Source of the DNA: Escherichia coli
GTDB lineage: Bacteria; Pseudomonadota; Gammaproteobacteria; Enterobacterales; Enterobacteriaceae
DNA: 64,000 bases
Assembly (NCBI RefSeq): GCF_030013205.1
Contig: NZ_CP122648.1
Strand: one strand, 5' to 3'
Shown here: in pieces, positions 58,576-64,000 of the stretch
Position numbering within the stretch: the stretch's first letter is position 1
Layout of the letters: the number at the start of each line of letters is the position of its first letter
The notes under the pieces: model-generated
The model's database searches: none
Told to the model about the DNA's origin: nothing
Seen by the model: the letters and a program-made list of their open reading frames with translations, nothing else
Position numbers and translations under genes: made by a program

Positions 58576-59693
58576 GCTTCACTCTCCTGCTGACGATACT
58601 GATACCACGCGGCGCACGCTCCTTCGGAGGAGACCATCAGTGCACCAAACGCGGTTTGAGGATTACAGGTGTTACCAAACAGCGGGCATTGATGCGGCTT
58701 ACATTTGCCCGTTAATACTTCGCCACAACGCGCACGCGGGTCATCGCAGACCTGCTGCGGTGCCGGGCGGAAATGCGCTTCGGCATCGAATCGTTGATAA
58801 TCCGGCGTCAGGTGCACACCAGAAGATTCAATCACGCCTAAGCCGCGCCATTCGCTGTCGCCGTTGACACAGAACACATCGGCAATCGCCTGTTGCGCCA
58901 GCAGGTTACCGGCATCCGGCACCACCCGACGATACTGATTCTCCACCTTGCTGTGGGCCGCTATTTTCTGCTCCACCAGCATGACCACGCCTTGCAGTAG
59001 ATCAAGCGGTTCGAAACCAGCCACCACCAGCGGACGATGAAAATCGCTGGCGATAAAATTATAGGCATCAGTGCCGATCACCATACTGACGTGGCCGGGC
59101 GCGAGGAACGCGTCGATACCGTTATCCGGCTGTTCCAGCAAACTGCGCAGTGTTGGGATGAGCGTAATGTGCTGGCAGAAGAAGTAAAAATTCTGCACAT
59201 CGCGGGCTTTTGCCTGTTGCAGAGTGATGGCCGTCGTCGGCATGGTGGTTTCAAAACCTAAGCCGAAGAATACCACTTTACGGGTTGGATTCTCCTGCGC
59301 CAGTTTCAACGCATCCATTGGCGAGTAAACGATGCGCACATCGGCACCGCGTGCTTTTGCCTGCAACAGCGATCCCTGTTTCCCCGGCACGCGCATGGCG
59401 TCGCCAAAGGTACAGAAGATGACTTCCGGATGGCTGGCAATCTCCACGCAGGTGTCGATTCTACCCATCGGCAGTACACACACCGGGCAACCGGGACCGT
59501 GGATAAACTCAACGTTTTCCGGCAGCAACTGATCGAGGCCGAATTTAAAAATGGCGTGGGTATGACCGCCACACACTTCCATAATCCGCAGAGGGCGTTC
59601 GGCGGTGTAAGAGAGATATGAAGCACGTTCGCGCAGATGCTCAATTAACTGCATCACCTGTTCCGGCGCGCGATATTCATCAACAAAACGCAT
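58572..59693 (-). CDS. hypD: hydrogenase maturation protein HypD
   Basis: 373-aa ORF with CGxH and GPGCPVC motifs. Confidence 0.9.
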   Translation of the reverse strand: MRFVDEYRAPEQVMQLIEHLRERASYLSYTAERPLRIMEVCGGHTHAIFKFGLDQLLPENVEFIHGPGCPVCVLPMGRIDTCVEIASHPEVIFCTFGDAMRVPGKQGSLLQAKARGADVRIVYSPMDALKLAQENPTRKVVFFGLGFETTMPTTAITLQQAKARDVQNFYFFCQHITLIPTLRSLLEQPDNGIDAFLAPGHVSMVIGTDAYNFIASDFHRPLVVAGFEPLDLLQGVVMLVEQKIAAHSKVENQYRRVVPDAGNLLAQQAIADVFCVNGDSEWRGLGVIESSGVHLTPDYQRFDAEAHFRPAPQQVCDDPRARCGEVLTGKCKPHQCPLFGNTCNPQTAFGALMVSSEGACAAWYQYRQQESEA

Positions 59694-59965
59694 TATTTTT
59701 CCTCGCCATACAACAGCGCGCCGACATCTGGCTCAACGTCAAACATGTTTTGTAAGGCGTCGAGAGTGTCGCGTGCTTCGGCTTCATTAATTACGCTCAT
59801 GGCAAAGCCAACGTGAACCAGTACCCACTGGCCTACGCGTGGCTGACCGTTTTCATCGCAGCTGCCGACTAACGTTAAATCGACATCGCGCTGAATGCCG
59901 CAGACGTCGACTTTCGCCTGGTTGCCGTCAATGGTGCGGATCTGGCCGGGAACGCCTATGCACAT
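59693..59965 (-). CDS. hypC: hydrogenase maturation chaperone HypC
   Basis: 90 aa from [10 protein letters not shown] (N-terminal Cys2). Confidence 0.85.
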   Translation of the reverse strand: MCIGVPGQIRTIDGNQAKVDVCGIQRDVDLTLVGSCDENGQPRVGQWVLVHVGFAMSVINEAEARDTLDALQNMFDVEPDVGALLYGEEK

Positions 59966-60828
59966 CGCTGTGTCTCCAGCCAGTTCAGCCACTGGTCCAT
60001 CCCTTCGCCGCTGGTGGCGGAAATAAGGATGATTTCAATTTCTGGATTGACTTCGCGGGCGCAGGCGATGCACTTCTCAACGTCAAAGTTGAGATACGGC
60101 AGCAGGTCAACTTTGTTGAGCAGCATCAGTGAGGCGGCGGCAAACATATGCGGATATTTCAGCGGTTTGTCTTCACCTTCGGTAACGGAAAGCACCGCCA
60201 CTTTGTGTTTTTCACCGAGATCGAAGCTGGCCGGGCACACGAGGTTGCCGACGTTTTCGATAAACAGAATACCGTTATCGTCCAGTGGCAGGCGCGGTGC
60301 GGCGTCGGCAATCATCTGTGCGTCAAGATGGCAGCCTTTACCGGTATTCACCTGAATCGCTGGTGTGCCGGTAGCGCGAATGCGTGCGGCATCGTTCACG
60401 GTTTGCTGATCGCCTTCAATAACCGCGCACGGAACGCTGTCTTTCAGGCGCATTAAGGTTTCCGTCAGCAGGGTGGTTTTACCGGAACCAGGGCTGGAAA
60501 CCAGGTTGAGCACCAGTTGCTTGCGGGCAGCAAAGCGCGCGCGGTTGCGTTCAGCCAGACGGTTATTTTTGTCCAGCACGTCAATTTCGACTTCCAGCAT
60601 CCGACGCTGGCTCATGCCCGGCGCGTGAGTACCCGCTTCGCCATGACCGTAATGCAGGTCGCCTTCTTCAGTCTGGCTGGGGGTAAATTCAGGCGCTTTA
60701 ATGCCGGTGATTTTCATCTTCGGGCGTGCCGCCGGGGCAAATGGCGCGCTACGAAACGCGGAATGAGGGTTATGTTCATCACCCTCGATATACAGGTTGC
60801 CTTCACCGCAACCGCATGTTGTACACAT
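59956..60828 (-). CDS. hypB: hydrogenase nickel incorporation GTPase HypB
   Basis: 290-aa ORF: N-terminal CxxCGC metal site, GTPase P-loop GSPGSGKTT. Confidence 0.9.
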   Translation of the reverse strand: MCTTCGCGEGNLYIEGDEHNPHSAFRSAPFAPAARPKMKITGIKAPEFTPSQTEEGDLHYGHGEAGTHAPGMSQRRMLEVEIDVLDKNNRLAERNRARFAARKQLVLNLVSSPGSGKTTLLTETLMRLKDSVPCAVIEGDQQTVNDAARIRATGTPAIQVNTGKGCHLDAQMIADAAPRLPLDDNGILFIENVGNLVCPASFDLGEKHKVAVLSVTEGEDKPLKYPHMFAAASLMLLNKVDLLPYLNFDVEKCIACAREVNPEIEIILISATSGEGMDQWLNWLETQRCA

Positions 60829-60831
60829 CGC

Positions 60832-61182
60832 TCACTCCTGGTCTATTTCTATCCGCCGAATCTGTAAACCGTCGTCTGCCACAATCTGTAGCATGTCACC
60901 ATGACACTGTGGACAGCGGCGGACGCGCTGGGTCAGTAGCGTCACATACTGTTGGCATGTTTCACACCAGCATTCGGCCTCTTGTTCTTCGAGGTGCAGT
61001 TTACAACCTTCCGCCACGCTGCCGCGGCAAACCAGATCAAAACAAAAGGCAAGAGAGCGGGTTTCGACACAAGAAAATGCGCCAATTTTGAGCCAGACCC
61101 CAGTTACGCGTTTTGCGCCGTGTTTTGCGGCCTGCTGTTCGATCAATTCCAGTGCCCGTTGGCAGAGGGTTATTTCGTGCAT
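60832..61182 (-). CDS. hypA: hydrogenase nickel insertion protein HypA
   Basis: 116 aa from MHEITLCQ; zinc motif CxxC ... CPQC. Confidence 0.9.
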   Translation of the reverse strand: MHEITLCQRALELIEQQAAKHGAKRVTGVWLKIGAFSCVETRSLAFCFDLVCRGSVAEGCKLHLEEQEAECWCETCQQYVTLLTQRVRRCPQCHGDMLQIVADDGLQIRRIEIDQE

Positions 61183-61212
61183 ATCGCCTCCCATTAACTA
61201 TTGCCAGCTACA

Positions 61213-61228
61213 AGCAATAATTGTGCCA
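61213..61228 (-). promoter_or_regulatory. sigma-54 -24/-12 promoter element for the hyp operon
   Basis: reverse complement reads TGGCACaattaTTGCT, about 30 bp upstream of the hypA start. Confidence 0.7.
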
Positions 61229-61341
61229 GTGTTGATTATCCCTGCAGTGAATAATGTCGATGATGTCGAAATGACACGTCGACACGGCGACGAAATTCAT
61301 CTTTAGCTTAAAAATCGCCTTAATAACAATGAATTAAAAGT

Positions 61342-61357
61342 TGGCACAGAAAATGCT
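61342..61357 (+). promoter_or_regulatory. sigma-54 -24/-12 promoter element for the hyc operon
   Basis: TGGCACagaaaaTGCT with GG and GC at canonical spacing, 37 bp upstream of the hycA ATG. Confidence 0.65.
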
Positions 61358-61393
61358 TAAAGCTGGCGTCTCTGTTAAACGGGTAACCTGACA

Positions 61394-61855
61394 ATGACTA
61401 TTTGGGAAATAAGCGAGAAAGCCGATTACATCGCACAGCGGCATCGTCGCCTACAGGACCAGTGGCACATCTACTGCAATTCGCTGGTTCAGGGGATCAC
61501 GTTATCGAAAGCGCGCCTGCATCACGCCATGAGCTGCGCGCCGGACAAAGAACTCTGTTTCGTCCTTTTTGAACATTTTCGTATTTACGTCACCCTGGCG
61601 GATGGCTTTAACAGCCACACCATCGAGTATTACGTCGAAACAAAAGATGGTGAAGACAAACAGCGGATTGCGCAGGCGCAACTGAGCATTGACGGCATGA
61701 TTGATGGCAAGGTCAACATCCGCGATCGCGAACAGGTTCTGGAACACTATCTCGAAAAAATCGCGGGCGTTTACGACAGCTTATACACCGCTATTGAAAA
61801 CAATGTGCCGGTGAATTTAAGCCAACTGGTAAAGGGACAAAGCCCGGCAGCATGA
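61394..61855 (+). CDS. hycA: formate hydrogenlyase regulatory protein HycA
   Basis: 153-aa ORF, first gene of the hyc operon, divergent from hypA. Confidence 0.85.
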   Translation: MTIWEISEKADYIAQRHRRLQDQWHIYCNSLVQGITLSKARLHHAMSCAPDKELCFVLFEHFRIYVTLADGFNSHTIEYYVETKDGEDKQRIAQAQLSIDGMIDGKVNIRDREQVLEHYLEKIAGVYDSLYTAIENNVPVNLSQLVKGQSPAA

Positions 61856-61979
61856 GCTGAGGCTTTGCCCGTTTTGCAGGCGTTACGCCTGTTTGGGGAT
61901 GGGCGTGTCGATGAGTGTCGAAAATGACATTTCATCGGCATGTTTTCGTCAAAAATGACAATCACCTGAGGAATGCCTG

Positions 61980-62591
61980 GTGAATCGTTTTGTAATTGCT
62001 GACTCCACGCTCTGTATCGGCTGCCACACCTGTGAGGCCGCCTGTTCAGAGACGCATCGCCAGCACGGCCTGCAATCAATGCCGCGCCTGCGAGTGATGC
62101 TCAATGAAAAAGAATCTGCGCCGCAGCTCTGTCACCACTGTGAAGATGCGCCCTGTGCGGTGGTTTGCCCGGTTAACGCCATCACCCGCGTTGATGGGGC
62201 CGTGCAGTTGAATGAAAGTCTGTGCGTAAGCTGCAAACTGTGCGGCATCGCCTGCCCGTTTGGCGCAATTGAATTTTCCGGCAGCCGTCCGCTGGATATT
62301 CCGGCAAACGCCAATACCCCGAAAGCGCCACCGGCACCGCCTGCTCCGGCGCGTGTCAGCACATTGCTTGACTGGGTGCCAGGTATTCGCGCGATTGCCG
62401 TCAAATGTGACCTTTGTAGTTTTGATGAACAAGGTCCGGCCTGCGTGCGGATGTGCCCGACTAAAGCCCTGCATCTGGTGGATAACACCGATATCGCCCG
62501 CGTTAGCAAACGTAAGCGTGAGCTGACCTTTAACACGGACTTTGGCGATCTCACCTTGTTTCAGCAGGCTCAAAGTGGAGAGGCTAAATGA
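61980..62591 (+). CDS. hycB: formate hydrogenlyase 4Fe-4S ferredoxin subunit HycB
   Basis: 203-aa ORF with four CxxCxxCxxxCP clusters. Confidence 0.9.
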   Translation: MNRFVIADSTLCIGCHTCEAACSETHRQHGLQSMPRLRVMLNEKESAPQLCHHCEDAPCAVVCPVNAITRVDGAVQLNESLCVSCKLCGIACPFGAIEFSGSRPLDIPANANTPKAPPAPPAPARVSTLLDWVPGIRAIAVKCDLCSFDEQGPACVRMCPTKALHLVDNTDIARVSKRKRELTFNTDFGDLTLFQQAQSGEAK

Positions 62592-64000
62592 GCGCAATTT
62601 CCCTGATCAATAGCGGCGTGGCGTGGTTTGTCGCCGCCGCTGTTCTGGCATTTCTCTTTTCTTTTCAAAAGGCGCTAAGCGGCTGGATAGCCGGAATTGG
62701 CGGCGCGGTGGGTAGTCTGTATACGGCAGCCGCGGGCTTCACTGTACTGACTGGCGCGGTTGGCGTGAGCGGTGCGCTGTCGCTGGTAAGCTACGATGTG
62801 CAAATCTCTCCGCTTAACGCGATTTGGCTGATTACGCTCGGCCTGTGCGGTCTGTTTGTCAGCCTCTACAACATTGACTGGCATCGCCACGCGCAGGTGA
62901 AATGCAACGGCTTGCAGATCAATATGTTGATGGCTGCCGCCGTCTGTGCCGTCATCGCCAGCAACCTCGGCATGTTCGTGGTAATGGCTGAAGTCATGGC
63001 CTTGTGTGCGGTGTTCCTTACCAGCAACAGCAAAGAGGGCAAACTGTGGTTTGCGCTGGGGCGTCTTGGCACTCTGCTGCTGGCGATTGCTTGCTGGCTG
63101 CTGTGGCAGCGTTACGGCACGCTGGATCTGCGCCTGCTGGATATGCGTATGCAACAGCTGCCGCTCGGTTCCGATATCTGGCTGCTCGGTGTGATTGGCT
63201 TTGGCCTGCTGGCCGGGATTATTCCGCTGCACGGCTGGGTGCCGCAGGCACATGCTAACGCCTCTGCGCCAGCTGCCGCGTTGTTTTCTACGGTGGTGAT
63301 GAAAATCGGCCTGCTGGGCATTTTAACCCTGTCGCTGCTGGGCGGTAATGCACCGCTGTGGTGGGGGATCGCGCTGCTGGTGCTCGGTATGATCACCGCG
63401 TTCGTCGGCGGTCTGTATGCGCTGATGGAGCACAACATCCAGCGCCTGCTGGCTTACCACACCCTGGAAAATATCGGCATTATCCTGCTGGGGCTGGGCG
63501 CTGGCGTAACGGGTATCGCGCTCGAACAACCGGCGCTGATTGCCCTTGGTCTGGTCGGTGGTCTGTACCATCTGCTTAACCATAGCCTGTTCAAAAGCGT
63601 ACTGTTCCTCGGGGCGGGGAGCGTCTGGTTCCGTACCGGTCATCGCGATATCGAAAAACTCGGTGGTATAGGCAAGAAAATGCCGGTTATCTCCATCGCC
63701 ATGTTGGTCGGGTTGATGGCAATGGCTGCGCTGCCGCCGCTGAACGGGTTTGCCGGGGAATGGGTTATCTATCAATCCTTCTTCAAACTGAGCAATAGTG
63801 GCGCGTTTGTTGCCCGTCTGCTGGGGCCGCTGCTCGCAGTGGGTCTGGCAATTACCGGTGCGCTGGCGGTGATGTGTATGGCGAAAGTCTATGGTGTCAC
63901 GTTCCTCGGCGCGCCGCGTACCAAAGAAGCCGAAAACGCCACCTGTGCGCCGCTCCTGATGAGCGTAAGCGTAGTGGCACTGGCGATTTGCTGCGTAATT
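62588..64000 (+). CDS. hycC: formate hydrogenlyase membrane subunit HycC (NuoL/ND5-like), 3' end outside the window
   Basis: ATG at 62588 overlaps the hycB stop (ATGA); open hydrophobic frame runs to the window end; not in the ORF track because no stop is reached. Confidence 0.85.
   Translation, partial: MSAISLINSGVAWFVAAAVLAFLFSFQKALSGWIAGIGGAVGSLYTAAAGFTVLTGAVGVSGALSLVSYDVQISPLNAIWLITLGLCGLFVSLYNIDWHRHAQVKCNGLQINMLMAAAVCAVIASNLGMFVVMAEVMALCAVFLTSNSKEGKLWFALGRLGTLLLAIACWLLWQRYGTLDLRLLDMRMQQLPLGSDIWLLGVIGFGLLAGIIPLHGWVPQAHANASAPAAALFSTVVMKIGLLGILTLSLLGGNAPLWWGIALLVLGMITAFVGGLYALMEHNIQRLLAYHTLENIGIILLGLGAGVTGIALEQPALIALGLVGGLYHLLNHSLFKSVLFLGAGSVWFRTGHRDIEKLGGIGKKMPVISIAMLVGLMAMAALPPLNGFAGEWVIYQSFFKLSNSGAFVARLLGPLLAVGLAITGALAVMCMAKVYGVTFLGAPRTKEAENATCAPLLMSVSVVALAICCVI

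Overview
This window reads as an Escherichia coli-type chromosomal segment, colinear with the K-12 rlmD–relA–mazG–pyrG–eno … queD–cysJIH–cas–CRISPR–iap–cysDNC–ygbE–ftsB–ispDF–truD–surE–pcm–nlpD–rpoS … mutS–fhlA–hypEDCBA / hycABC region, in inverted orientation relative to the K-12 map. All identifications come from reading the supplied ORF translations and the DNA directly; no database search was run, and every comparison to K-12 is from memory. Almost every long ORF is a recognisable housekeeping or known accessory gene. The window contains a complete type I-E CRISPR-Cas system (cas3, cse1, cse2, cas7, cas5, cas6e, cas1, cas2) with a 7-spacer array next to cas2, plus a second 4-spacer array and a degenerate array remnant between queE and ygcE. 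I did not find a clearly undescribed multi-gene system. The strain-specific content worth a second look is: (1) no mazEF toxin-antitoxin pair between relA and mazG; (2) an in-frame stop splitting ygcG; (3) an intact Hok-family type I toxin gene with a coupled upstream leader ORF between cysH and cas3; (4) a strong intrinsic terminator in the ygcW 5' leader, in a gene cluster that encodes a GlpP-like antiterminator; (5) an rpoS–mutS variable region carrying a MarR-family regulator and a UbiX/UbiD-type decarboxylase cluster (ecdBCD-like) with a perfect 14-bp palindrome in the divergent promoter; (6) a complete 768-bp IS1 inserted in pphB, with loss of about 98 internal codons and no target-site duplication; (7) a tandem Mop/TOBE-domain gene between fhlA and ygbA that I do not recall at this position in K-12. 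Start codons were adjusted from the ORF track where an internal Met with a ribosome-binding site fits the expected protein length.
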